NCBI GenBank assembly: GCA_963722795.1
Contig: CAVROD010000001.1
Span: 81,684-145,683, forward strand
Source: an uncultured Actinomycetes bacterium
GTDB taxonomy: Bacteria; Actinomycetota; UBA4738; HRBIN12
Direction of reading: 5' to 3'
DNA length: 64,000 nt
In this document: in pieces, positions 52,931 through 61,451 of the stretch
Layout: every line of letters starts with the position of its first letter
Numbering within the stretch: position 1 is the first letter of the stretch
The notes under the pieces: model-generated
What the model was told of the DNA's origin: nothing
Database searches by the model: none
Seen by the model: only the letters and a program-made list of their open reading frames with translations
Program-made: the position numbers and the translations under genes

Positions 52931-55435
52931 GTGGACGAGCAACTCACCATCGTGTTCATGCCCGAGAGCGCCTACGGCCCGACGAACAACTGCATCGGCA
53001 TCGGCAAGCTCCTCGAGCAGCGAGGCCACCATGTCGTGTTCGCGGCCGAGGCCTCCTGGAAGGGCAAGCTCGAGCCGCTCGGATTCACCGAGGATCTGGT
53101 CGACCTCGCCCCCCCACCGGAAGGCGACGAGGAGCAGGACGCCGGCCAGTTCTGGACCGACTTCATCACCGAGACCGCCCCGGAATTCCGCAAGCCGACG
53201 ATCGAGCAGCTGTCGACCTTCGTGGAGCCGGTGTTCGCATCGCTGATCGACGGCGCGACCTACTGCGAGCCGCAGCTCGTGGAGATCCTCGACCGAGCGC
53301 GCCCCGACGTGATCGTCGAGGACAACGTCAACGCGTTCCCCGCGTTGCTCACGAACGGCGCGCCCTGGGTGCGCATCATGAGCTGCAACCCGCTCGAGAT
53401 GAAGGACGCGGCGCTGCCGCCCACCTTCAGCGGCTACGCGATCGACGACCCCGCGCCCTGGCAGGACTTCCGCGCGGAGTACCAGCGTTCCCATCGCGAG
53501 ACGTGGGAGCGGTACAACGCCTTCGTGGTCGATGCCGGCGCGCCGCCCTTGCCAGACCTCGAGTTCATCCACGAGTCCGAGGTGTTGAACCTGTCCGTCT
53601 ACCCCGAGATCGCCGACTACCCGAGGTCGACGCCGCTCGGGCCGACCTGGCATCGCCTCGAGTCGAGCGTGCGCGCCACCGAGGAGCCGTTCGAGCTCCC
53701 GGCCTCGCTCGCGGGAGGCGACGGGGCGCTCGTCTACCTGTCGCTCGGCTCCCTCGGCTCGGCCGACGTCGAGCTCATGCGGCGGCTCGTGCGCGTGCTC
53801 GCCGACACGCCGCACCGCTACATCGTGTCGAAGGGGCCGCGGGCCGACGAGTTCGACCTGCCCGACAACATGTGGGGCGACGCCCGCCTGCCGCAGACAT
53901 CGATCATCCCGATGTGCGACCTCGTCATCACACACGGCGGGAACAACACCACCACCGAGTCGTTCCACTTCGGCAAGCCGATGATCGTGCTGCCGCTGTT
54001 CTGGGATCAGTACGACAATGCCCAGCGCGTACACGAGCTCGGCTTCGGGGTGCGGCTCGACACGTACGGCTTCGAGGACCACGAGCTCCGCCAGGCCGTC
54101 GATCGCCTCGTCGGCGACCGGGACCTCCGCGCACGGATGTTCGCGACTGGCGAGGCCATCCGAACCGCCGACGGGAAGCGGGTCGCTGCCGACCTGATCG
54201 AGCGGGTGGCGCGAGATCATCGGCTCGGGCGGGGCCCCGGCCGGCGGAAAGCACTCGCCGGCTTGACAACAACTCGCCCGGCGTTCGATGCTACAGGTTC
54301 GTCGCGCGGCACCCCCCTTCGTTCGAAGCCGCGCCAGCCTCGGGAGGACCCAAGCATGCCCTCTGTTTCTCGTTCGGATTCTCCACGGCAACGTAGGAGG
54401 GTGATCGGCGTTCTGACCGCGTCCCTCCCGATGTTCCTGCTGGCGGGGTTGCTCGTCGCCCCCGGCATGGCGTCGGCAGGCATCTCCTTCGGGCCTGACC
54501 TCGTTGTCTCGATCCAGGACGACCCCGACCCAGTGTCGCCGGGCGGCACGGTAACCTTCACGGTCCTGGTCGCGAACGTGGGGAACGAGGACTCGTACTC
54601 CACGACCGTGAACTTCAACACCGACGGCGACGACATCGTGAGCGCCACATCGAGCTCAGACGGCGAATGTAGCTGGGAAGGCACGTCGGTCTCCTGCGAC
54701 CTCGGGTACATCCCTGGCTCGAACGTGTCCGGAGGGGAAGAGGCTCCGGTCCCCCTGCTCGCCTTCAACGAGGCGGAGGCCGTCATCGAGGTCACCGCGC
54801 CGAGCGAAGACGGCCAGTTCGACAGCTCCGCGACCGCCGACTCGCTCGGCGGCGAGAGCGGCCAGTACGACACGAACCCATCGGACAACGAGGACTCCGA
54901 GACGACCACGGTCGAGAGCGAGGGTGGCGGCGACTCCGACAGCGGCACGATCGACCCCGGTGAGACGCTGTCGACCGTTCCCGGTACCAACAACAACCCC
55001 GTGACCACCGAGAATCCGTTCGCGGTCTCGCTCGAGAACGTCGGCGACCAGACCCTCGAGGGGTCGGTGAGCGAAGAGGCGTGCGACGGCAGCCAGGAGG
55101 GCGACCCGCTCTGCTCGGTGCCGCGCGTCGGCGGCGTGGCGGGCGATTTCCAGTTCACGCCGACCGGCCCGTCGCTGACCACCACGACGACGAGCGGCGG
55201 CTCCCTGCTACCGGCGGTCGCGCTCGCGAGGCTCTTCTACGACAAGACGGTCCTGCAGGGCGTCGACGGCTTCAAGATCTTCTTCCAGAAGAACTCCGAG
55301 AGCCCGGTGCTGAGGCTGCAACGGTGCAAGGCCGGCGTGCGGGTCACGGAGTGCTTCAAGACGAACAAGAAGAAGAGCGGCGACCAGATCGTTCGGGTGT
55401 TCCTCAACGAGGACCCGAGGGTTACCCGCGGCTGA
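52931..55435 (+). CDS. composite 834-codon ORF: GT1 (UDP-glycosyltransferase, MGT-like) domain, then in the same frame a leader/TM segment and a DUF11/CARDB-like acidic extracellular module
   Basis: GGAGGGAGG RBS then GTG 52931. GT1 motifs IVFMPESAYGPTNNCIGIG and THGGNNTTTESFHFGKPMIVLPLFWDQYDNA. No stop occurs before 55433. An internal GGGAGG plus ATG 54356 (MPSVSRSDSPRQRRRVIGVLTASLPMFLLAGLLVAPGMASA) could start a separate gene covering 54356..55435. Confidence 0.6.
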   Translation: MDEQLTIVFMPESAYGPTNNCIGIGKLLEQRGHHVVFAAEASWKGKLEPLGFTEDLVDLAPPPEGDEEQDAGQFWTDFITETAPEFRKPTIEQLSTFVEPVFASLIDGATYCEPQLVEILDRARPDVIVEDNVNAFPALLTNGAPWVRIMSCNPLEMKDAALPPTFSGYAIDDPAPWQDFRAEYQRSHRETWERYNAFVVDAGAPPLPDLEFIHESEVLNLSVYPEIADYPRSTPLGPTWHRLESSVRATEEPFELPASLAGGDGALVYLSLGSLGSADVELMRRLVRVLADTPHRYIVSKGPRADEFDLPDNMWGDARLPQTSIIPMCDLVITHGGNNTTTESFHFGKPMIVLPLFWDQYDNAQRVHELGFGVRLDTYGFEDHELRQAVDRLVGDRDLRARMFATGEAIRTADGKRVAADLIERVARDHRLGRGPGRRKALAGLTTTRPAFDATGSSRGTPLRSKPRQPREDPSMPSVSRSDSPRQRRRVIGVLTASLPMFLLAGLLVAPGMASAGISFGPDLVVSIQDDPDPVSPGGTVTFTVLVANVGNEDSYSTTVNFNTDGDDIVSATSSSDGECSWEGTSVSCDLGYIPGSNVSGGEEAPVPLLAFNEAEAVIEVTAPSEDGQFDSSATADSLGGESGQYDTNPSDNEDSETTTVESEGGGDSDSGTIDPGETLSTVPGTNNNPVTTENPFAVSLENVGDQTLEGSVSEEACDGSQEGDPLCSVPRVGGVAGDFQFTPTGPSLTTTTTSGGSLLPAVALARLFYDKTVLQGVDGFKIFFQKNSESPVLRLQRCKAGVRVTECFKTNKKKSGDQIVRVFLNEDPRVTRG

Positions 55436-55455
55436 GATCTCTCGGAGACGCGAGC

Positions 55456-55484
55456 GCGGGCCCGGCGCCATCGGCCGGGCCCGC
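55456..55484. terminator. bidirectional terminator-like hairpin between convergent genes
   Basis: GCGGGCCCGGC (55456-55466) pairs with GCCGGGCCCGC (55474-55484). 11-bp GC stem with a 7-nt loop. Confidence 0.5.
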
Positions 55485-55491
55485 CGAGCGC

Positions 55492-56925
55492 TCATGGTCG
55501 CACGTACGCCGTCTTCACGGTGGTGAAGAACTCCACCGCGTAGCGGCCCTGCTCCCGGCTACCGCTCGAAGACCCTTTCGTGCCGCCGAACGGCACGTGG
55601 AAGTCGACCCCCGCGGTCGGCAGGTTCACGGTCACGATGCCCGCCTGCAATCCGTCGCGGAAGCGCGCCGCGTGCGCGAGCGAGGTCGTGCACACGCCCG
55701 CTGAGAGCCCGAACTCGGTGTCATTGGCGAGTGCGAGGGCCTCGTCGGCATCGCCGGCTCGCACGACGGTGGCGATCGGGCCGAAGATCTCCTCGCGGTT
55801 CACACGCATGTCGTTCGTCGTACCCACGAACAGCGCCGGCTCGAGGAAGTAGCCGTCGGTCGCCCGTTCGAGGCGTGCCCCGCCGTGCACGAGCTCGGCG
55901 CCCTCGTCGCGGCCGACCGACAGGTAGCTGAGATCCTGCTCGAGCTGGTCGGCGCTCACGACCGGGCCGATGTCGGTGCCGTCGTCGAGCGCATGGCCGA
56001 CGTGCAGCGAGCGGAGCCGCTCGATCGTCGCCTCGACGAACCGATCGTGGATGCCGTCGGTCACGATCAGGCGCGAGGACGCCGTGCAGCGCTGCCCGGT
56101 CTGGAAGAACGCCCCCTGCACCGCGCAATCCACGGCGATGTCGAGGTCGGCGTCGTCGAGCACGACGAGCGGGTTCTTCCCGCCCATCTCGAGCTGATAT
56201 CTGCCGAAGCGCGCCGCCATCGCGAGCGCGACCCCGTGGCCCACCGCCTGCGATCCGGTGAACGTGACGCCGCGCACGCGGGCGTCGTGCACCATGCGTT
56301 CGCCCACCACCCGGCCCGGGCCCACGACGAGGTTGAGCACGCCGGCCGGCAGTCCGGCTCGCTCGCAGATCTCGACCAACGACCAGGCCGATGCCGGCAC
56401 GAGTTCCGCGGGCTTGAAGACGACCGTGCACCCGTAGGCCAGCGCGGGCGCGATCTTCCACGCGGGGATCGCGATGGGGAAGTTCCAGGGGGTGATGACC
56501 CCGACCACCCCGAGCGGCTCGCGCACGACGTCGACATCGACCCCCGGCCGCACGCTGCGCACGTGCTCGCCCGGGATGCGCAATGCTTCGCCGGCGAAGA
56601 AGCGGAACAGCTGCGAGGCACGCAGCACCTCACCGACGCCCTCGGCTCGCGGCTTGCCTTCTTCGCGCGAGAGTTGCTCGCCGAGCTCGGGAGCCCGAGC
56701 CTCGAGCTCGAGGCCGACGCGCTCGAGCACCGCGAAGCGTTCGGCGGGCGTCGTCGAAGCCCACCCCGGTGCCGCGTCGGACGCCGCCGCGATCGCGAGA
56801 TCGACCTGCGCGCCGTCGGCGACCGCGTACTCACCCACCGCGTCGGACAGATCCGAGGGGTTCACGTCGGCCACGATCGTCGCACCCTCGACCCATTCGC
56901 CGCCGATGAGGTTCGCCTTCGCCAT
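55492..56925 (-). CDS. NAD(P)-dependent aldehyde dehydrogenase
   Basis: ORF 55492..56949. Likely start is ATG 56925 (MAKANLIGGEWV). Motifs FTGSQAVG, LEMGGKNP and the catalytic QRCTASSRL. Confidence 0.85.
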   Translation of the reverse strand: MAKANLIGGEWVEGATIVADVNPSDLSDAVGEYAVADGAQVDLAIAAASDAAPGWASTTPAERFAVLERVGLELEARAPELGEQLSREEGKPRAEGVGEVLRASQLFRFFAGEALRIPGEHVRSVRPGVDVDVVREPLGVVGVITPWNFPIAIPAWKIAPALAYGCTVVFKPAELVPASAWSLVEICERAGLPAGVLNLVVGPGRVVGERMVHDARVRGVTFTGSQAVGHGVALAMAARFGRYQLEMGGKNPLVVLDDADLDIAVDCAVQGAFFQTGQRCTASSRLIVTDGIHDRFVEATIERLRSLHVGHALDDGTDIGPVVSADQLEQDLSYLSVGRDEGAELVHGGARLERATDGYFLEPALFVGTTNDMRVNREEIFGPIATVVRAGDADEALALANDTEFGLSAGVCTTSLAHAARFRDGLQAGIVTVNLPTAGVDFHVPFGGTKGSSSGSREQGRYAVEFFTTVKTAYVRP

Positions 56926-57123
56926 CACGTCGCCCTCCCTCAGCTCCACACCCGGTCCGCGTGCCGCACCCGATCGGCCACGAGAGACCGCAGCCTACCG
57001 GTGGGAGCGCCCGGGCGATGCCGGACCCCCGCTTTCATCCGACCGGGATGATGCGATGCACTCGGCGGCCGGGCTCGAATGGGCCCCGAAGGACCGCGGC
57101 CATGCGGTCCGAAAGGGGGATCG

Positions 57124-57522
57124 ATGTCTGAGAACCGCAGCGGCGCAGCGGTCGGCTTCACGATGTTCGCGGCGTTCATGATGATCTTGATCGGCTCGTT
57201 CCACATCATCGCCGGCCTGGCCGGCATCCTCGAGGACGAGTTCTACGTGGCAACGCCCAACTGGGTGCTGCAGTTCGATGCGACGACCTGGGGCTGGATC
57301 CACCTGCTCGCGGGCATCATCGTGCTGCTGGCCGGGTTCTCGCTCTTCTCCGGCGCGGTCTGGGCTCGCACGGTCGGCGTGATCATGGCGACCGTCAGCG
57401 CGATCGCGAACTTCGCGTGGATCCCGCACTACCCGTTCTGGGCACTCACGATCATCGCGATCGACGTCTTCGTGATCTGGGCCCTGACGGTCCACGGTCG
57501 AGACATCGTCGCCGACGCGTAA
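57124..57522 (+). CDS. small integral membrane protein (4 TM, DUF7144-like)
   Basis: AAGGGGGA RBS then ATG 57124. Sequence MSENRSGAAVGFTMFAAFMMILIGSFHIIAGLAGILEDEFYV followed by three more hydrophobic helices. Confidence 0.6.
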   Translation: MSENRSGAAVGFTMFAAFMMILIGSFHIIAGLAGILEDEFYVATPNWVLQFDATTWGWIHLLAGIIVLLAGFSLFSGAVWARTVGVIMATVSAIANFAWIPHYPFWALTIIAIDVFVIWALTVHGRDIVADA

Positions 57523-57555
57523 GCGAGACCGACTGCACGACCATCGCTCCCGACA

Positions 57556-57579
57556 CCCGGCGACCCTTGGGTCGCCGGG
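57556..57579. terminator. terminator-like hairpin between convergent genes
   Basis: CCCGGCGACC (57556-57565) pairs with GGTCGCCGGG (57570-57579). 10-bp stem with a 4-nt loop. Confidence 0.5.
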
Positions 57580-57615
57580 CGTCCGGGGCCGTCGTCGGCG
57601 ACGTCAGCCCGGCGA

Positions 57616-57960
57616 TCAGGGGTCGAGGACTTCGAGCGCGACGTCGAGATCGTAATCGAGTGCGATCGCGACCTTGGGGGCGGTCATCGCGACGCGCGCG
57701 AACCCCACGAGCGGCGCGACCGCGAGCAGCACCGCCACGACCTTGTCCGCGGACGCGCCCGCTTCCAGGGCGTCGCCCACGGTCCACCGGAACGTGTCGA
57801 CGGGCCCATCGGCGGCCACGAGCGACGCCACGCGGACGAGGGCGATCTCCTGGGCGTCGAGTGGGGAACACGTATCGTCGGGGCCAGACGCCTGCAGTTC
57901 GGCCAGCATCGCTCGATCGTTCACCGCGAGATCCCGCAATGCTTCCTGGAACCAGGCCAT
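57616..57960 (-). CDS. carboxymuconolactone decarboxylase (AhpD-like) family protein
   Basis: ATG 57960 (MAWFQEALRDLAVND...). 114 aa. Helical CMD-like segment LDAQEIALVRVASLVAA...VVAVLLAVAPLVGFAR. No CxxC motif present. Confidence 0.55.
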   Translation of the reverse strand: MAWFQEALRDLAVNDRAMLAELQASGPDDTCSPLDAQEIALVRVASLVAADGPVDTFRWTVGDALEAGASADKVVAVLLAVAPLVGFARVAMTAPKVAIALDYDLDVALEVLDP

Positions 57961-58061
57961 GCGCGGCCCTTTCGTTCGAGCGATCGGGGCATGCATCGTG
58001 GCCCGGCCACCGGGCGTTCGGCATCGCCTCGACCGCATGAAACCGCCGGTGCTCGGGCGAG

Positions 58062-60311
58062 TCAGCGCGCGAGCAGCCCGATGCCGCGAGCCGCCTCGAC
58101 GGCGGACCCACGCGAGGAGACGCCCAGCTTGCGATAGATCGAGATCGCCTGGGTCTTCACGGTGTGCGGTGACACGAACAACTGCTCGCCGATCTCTCGG
58201 AAGGACAGGTGGGTGGTGAGCAGGGGCAGCAAGCGAGCTTCGGCAGGGGTCAGCGCGGGAAGCCCTGTCGCCGAGGCCCGGAGCAAGGACAACTCCTGCC
58301 TGGTCTCGGCGAGGTCGTCGACCAGGGTCCCGAGGTCCGGACGGCGCTGAAGCGTCGCTTCGGCCTCGGCCAGGAACGAGCCGGCCATCGTCGCGTCCCC
58401 GAGACCCATCGCCGACCGCGCGAGGAGGAGGCTCGTCTGCACAGCGAGCACCGGCGTCGCGTATGTGAGCTTGGGTACGATCGCCGTCGCCCGGTCGATC
58501 CATGCTCGCGCACGGACGGGATCGCCCTGTACGAGACTGAGCCTCGCGGCCACGGCGTAGGCAGGCATCGACGTCGGATATCCCTGGAGGTTGGCGTCGT
58601 CGATCACCCTCCGTGCGTCGTCCAGGTGGGACGCCGCATCATCGAGGCGGTTCGATGCGATCGCCGAGCCGGCGAGCTCGGCGTGCGCGATGCTCCCGCC
58701 GACGGCTGTGCCACGTTCCGCCGATTCCTCCGCTGCTGCGTGGAACCGATCGATCGCGGCATCGGACTCGCCCGAGGTCAGCAGGCCCAGACCTTCGAGG
58801 AGCAAGGCAGCGGTTCGCCACGCACTCGACGGGCCGATCGTCGACTGCGCTCGGCGCGCATCGTCGAGCATCACCGCCACGCCGTCGCGGCACATCAACG
58901 CCCTGACCAACGAGCGCGATCCCTCGAGCTCGGGAACCAGCGAACCGCGTGCGTCTTCCGTGGCGGCGATCCATCGTTCGGCCTCGAGAGGACGGCCGTC
59001 GAGCACCATGAGCCACGTGCCGAGCACGGCGACCCCGGGGTACTGCTCCAGGGTGGCGTGCGCCGCGAACCAGTCGCACCAACCCCGCGCGGCACTCGCC
59101 CGCCCTCCGTAATATGAGGCGTGGGCGTGGCGGCCGATGAGCATGGCAACCCGCTCCACGTCGCCGGCGAGGATCGCATACGCCACGGCTGTGTCGTGGG
59201 CGCCCTGCTCCTCGCACCACGTCGAAGCTCTCGCTGCGATGGATGCCACCAGCTCCGGGTTGCGGTGATCGAGCTCCATGCGGAGCAGGTCATGCAGCAG
59301 GTGGTGGTAGCGATACCGCTCACGCCGTCGATCGAGCGGCACGACGAGCAGGTTCGATGACTCGAGCGCTTCCAACCTGGCGCCGGATCCGGTCGTCTCG
59401 AGGGCCGCGTCGCACAGGGAACCCGTCAGCTCGTCGAGGACGGAGCTCCGCATCAGGAAGTCGAGCTCGTCGGACGGGAGTCCGGCCAGCATCGTCGTTC
59501 GCAGGTAGTCGGCGACGAACCGATCGTCGCCCCCGTACGTGGCGACGACGCCGGCGGAGCTCGCCGAGTTCCATGAGCGTGCGGCGAGATACAAGCCCAC
59601 CGCCCAGCCCTCGGTCTGGGCGGTCAGCGCGGCCACGTCGTCGGCGCCCAGATCGACGGCGCCAGCACTCCGCAGGAGCGCCCCCGCATCCTCGTCATCG
59701 AACCTGAGATCGTCGACCCCGAGCTCGAGGAGCTCCCCCTTGGCCCGAACCTCCGCGAGCGGGAAGCCGGTCTCGAACCGAGCGGCGAGCACCACCTTCG
59801 AGCCCTGCGAGATCTCGGTCGCGATCGTGTTCAGCGCGGCGATCGCACGTCGATCTCGGAGCAGATGCACGTCATCGACGAACAGCGCGAACGGTTCGTC
59901 CACTCTTCGCAGGCTGGCCGCGAGCCGAGCGAGCACCGCGCCGTGGCGAGGGTACGGAGCGCTGAGCTCCTCGATCAGATCCGAAGAGATCGGGACGACT
60001 TCCTCGAGCGCCACCGAGAGGTAACGGGTGAGGGTGACGGGGTCGTTGGCATCCTCGTCGAGGCTGAGCCACGCCACGGGGCGCTCGTGTGCTGCCGCGC
60101 ATTGCGCGAGCAGGGTCGTCTTGCCGTAGCCGGCGGGAGCGATCACGCTGACTAACCGGCACGGCGAACGAAACACGCGTTGCACGATGGCGTCGCGCGC
60201 GATATCGGTCGGCCTCGAGACCGGCGGTTCCAGCCGGGACGCGAACAGCCCCCACCGATCCGTGCGCGGAACCGACTCGTCCCTCAAGGCCCCCACGACC
60301 CGTGTGGCCAC
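58062..60311 (-). CDS. large ATP-binding LuxR-family regulator (LAL/MalT-like: AAA/STAND NTPase + TPR-like + LuxR HTH)
   Basis: 749-aa intact ORF. Walker A VIAPAGYGKTTLLAQ, Walker B LFVDDVHLL. C-terminal HTH LTPAEARLLPLLTTHLSFREIGEQLFVSPHTVKTQAISIYRKLGV. Confidence 0.85.
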   Translation of the reverse strand: MATRVVGALRDESVPRTDRWGLFASRLEPPVSRPTDIARDAIVQRVFRSPCRLVSVIAPAGYGKTTLLAQCAAAHERPVAWLSLDEDANDPVTLTRYLSVALEEVVPISSDLIEELSAPYPRHGAVLARLAASLRRVDEPFALFVDDVHLLRDRRAIAALNTIATEISQGSKVVLAARFETGFPLAEVRAKGELLELGVDDLRFDDEDAGALLRSAGAVDLGADDVAALTAQTEGWAVGLYLAARSWNSASSAGVVATYGGDDRFVADYLRTTMLAGLPSDELDFLMRSSVLDELTGSLCDAALETTGSGARLEALESSNLLVVPLDRRRERYRYHHLLHDLLRMELDHRNPELVASIAARASTWCEEQGAHDTAVAYAILAGDVERVAMLIGRHAHASYYGGRASAARGWCDWFAAHATLEQYPGVAVLGTWLMVLDGRPLEAERWIAATEDARGSLVPELEGSRSLVRALMCRDGVAVMLDDARRAQSTIGPSSAWRTAALLLEGLGLLTSGESDAAIDRFHAAAEESAERGTAVGGSIAHAELAGSAIASNRLDDAASHLDDARRVIDDANLQGYPTSMPAYAVAARLSLVQGDPVRARAWIDRATAIVPKLTYATPVLAVQTSLLLARSAMGLGDATMAGSFLAEAEATLQRRPDLGTLVDDLAETRQELSLLRASATGLPALTPAEARLLPLLTTHLSFREIGEQLFVSPHTVKTQAISIYRKLGVSSRGSAVEAARGIGLLAR

Positions 60312-60435
60312 GATCCCCCCTTCGCGCGGCGCCTCGGGTCAGAGCCGCACTCCTGAGGTGCAGGCTAACGCAATGTCGTGAACCTGAGCATGTCGGTGCA
60401 ACGGCGGGCGGACCCGTGGCCGTGTGTCGCCCGGA

Positions 60436-60711
60436 TCAGCCGGCCAGGATGTTCGCCTTCTGCGCCTCGAATTCGGCGTCGGTCAACACGCCGGACGTCT
60501 TGAGCTCACCGAGTTCCTTCAGCTGCGCCAGCTTGTCGTCGGTGCCCGACGTGGCGGGCGCGGCGGCGGGTGCTGCCAGTTCGGAGGCTTGCGGCTGCGG
60601 TTCCTGCTGGGCCCATTTGTTGGCTTGGCGGCGGGAGACTCGGTTGGACACCGCCGTCGCCGTCCCGGCGATGGCAGCGGTGCGTGCGACCCCTCGGATC
60701 AGACCTGGCAT
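60436..60711 (-). CDS. SHOCT-domain protein
   Basis: 91-aa ORF. C-terminal motif KLAQLKELGELKTSGVLTDAEFEAQKANIL. Confidence 0.7.
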   Translation of the reverse strand: MPGLIRGVARTAAIAGTATAVSNRVSRRQANKWAQQEPQPQASELAAPAAAPATSGTDDKLAQLKELGELKTSGVLTDAEFEAQKANILAG

Positions 60712-60718
60712 GTGTCGA

Positions 60719-61159
60719 TCACTCCTTCTCGTCGAGCTCGTCGAGCGCAGCGAGCAGCGCGTTCACGGGGATGCGCCCGTTGGCGACCAGCTGAGCGCCG
60801 CTGCGACGGAGGGCCGACGCGAACGGAGCCGCCCAGGTGTTCTCGTACACGAGCAGCGCGGCCGAGCACCCCGGCTCGAGGGCGGCGCCGGCCTCGGTGT
60901 AGTCATCGTCGCCCAACAGCCCCGACGAGGCGCCCTCGAACACCGTCAGCACCGGGTCGCCATCGAACTCGCTGAGATCGAGCCCCACGACGGTGCCGTC
61001 GTCCTCCTTACGCACGAACGCGATGTCGAGCACGCGGATGACGCCTCGATCGACGAGATCGACGAGCAGCGGCAGGCCCTCGCCGCTGGGCAGCTTCCCG
61101 GCCGGCCATTCGACGACGAGGTAGTCGATGGGTCCGAGTTCGACGTCGGTGTCGTTCAC
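60719..61159 (-). CDS. DUF6325-like protein (conserved actinobacterial partner of SHOCT proteins)
   Basis: GGAAGGAGG RBS then GTG 61159. Sequence MNDTDVELGPIDYLVVEWP...VIRVLDIAFVRKEDDGTV...LLVYENTWAAPFA. Confidence 0.55.
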   Translation of the reverse strand: MNDTDVELGPIDYLVVEWPAGKLPSGEGLPLLVDLVDRGVIRVLDIAFVRKEDDGTVVGLDLSEFDGDPVLTVFEGASSGLLGDDDYTEAGAALEPGCSAALLVYENTWAAPFASALRRSGAQLVANGRIPVNALLAALDELDEKE

Positions 61160-61451
61160 CGGTGCCTCCTTCCCGACGCACGAGGGCGTCGACGTGGGTG
61201 ATCACGCCGTTCAGGATGGCAGGGTCGAGCCGGGCACAGCATCCTCCCAACCGGGCGAAAGCGACTGGATCATCACGGGGCGTCGCCCATGTCCGGGATG
61301 AGCAGCAGGGCGTCCGCGAAGAACGCCACGATACCGGGGATCGTCGAATCATCCCAATCGGTGGATGAGAGCCGACGTCCCCCCTGGAACGCTGGTGGTG
61401 CAGGGCGAGGGGTGCCGATCCGCACGCCAACCGCTCACATGGGAGGATCGC

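Noticed and set aside
57616-57960. AhpD-like protein as a second selenoprotein or peroxidase candidate
   Set aside because: There is no CxxC or UxxC motif and no in-frame TGA. Only the general CMD helical pattern is present.
61273-61425. 50-codon minus-strand ORF (…DWDDSTIPGIVAFFADALLLIPDMGDAP) in the 290-nt region between the DUF6325-like gene and the arylsulfatase gene
   Set aside because: GC3 is only about 75%, against more than 90% in confident genes. There is no RBS and no identifiable family, and neighbouring frames also look semi-coding. It is probably a decayed fragment or chance ORF.
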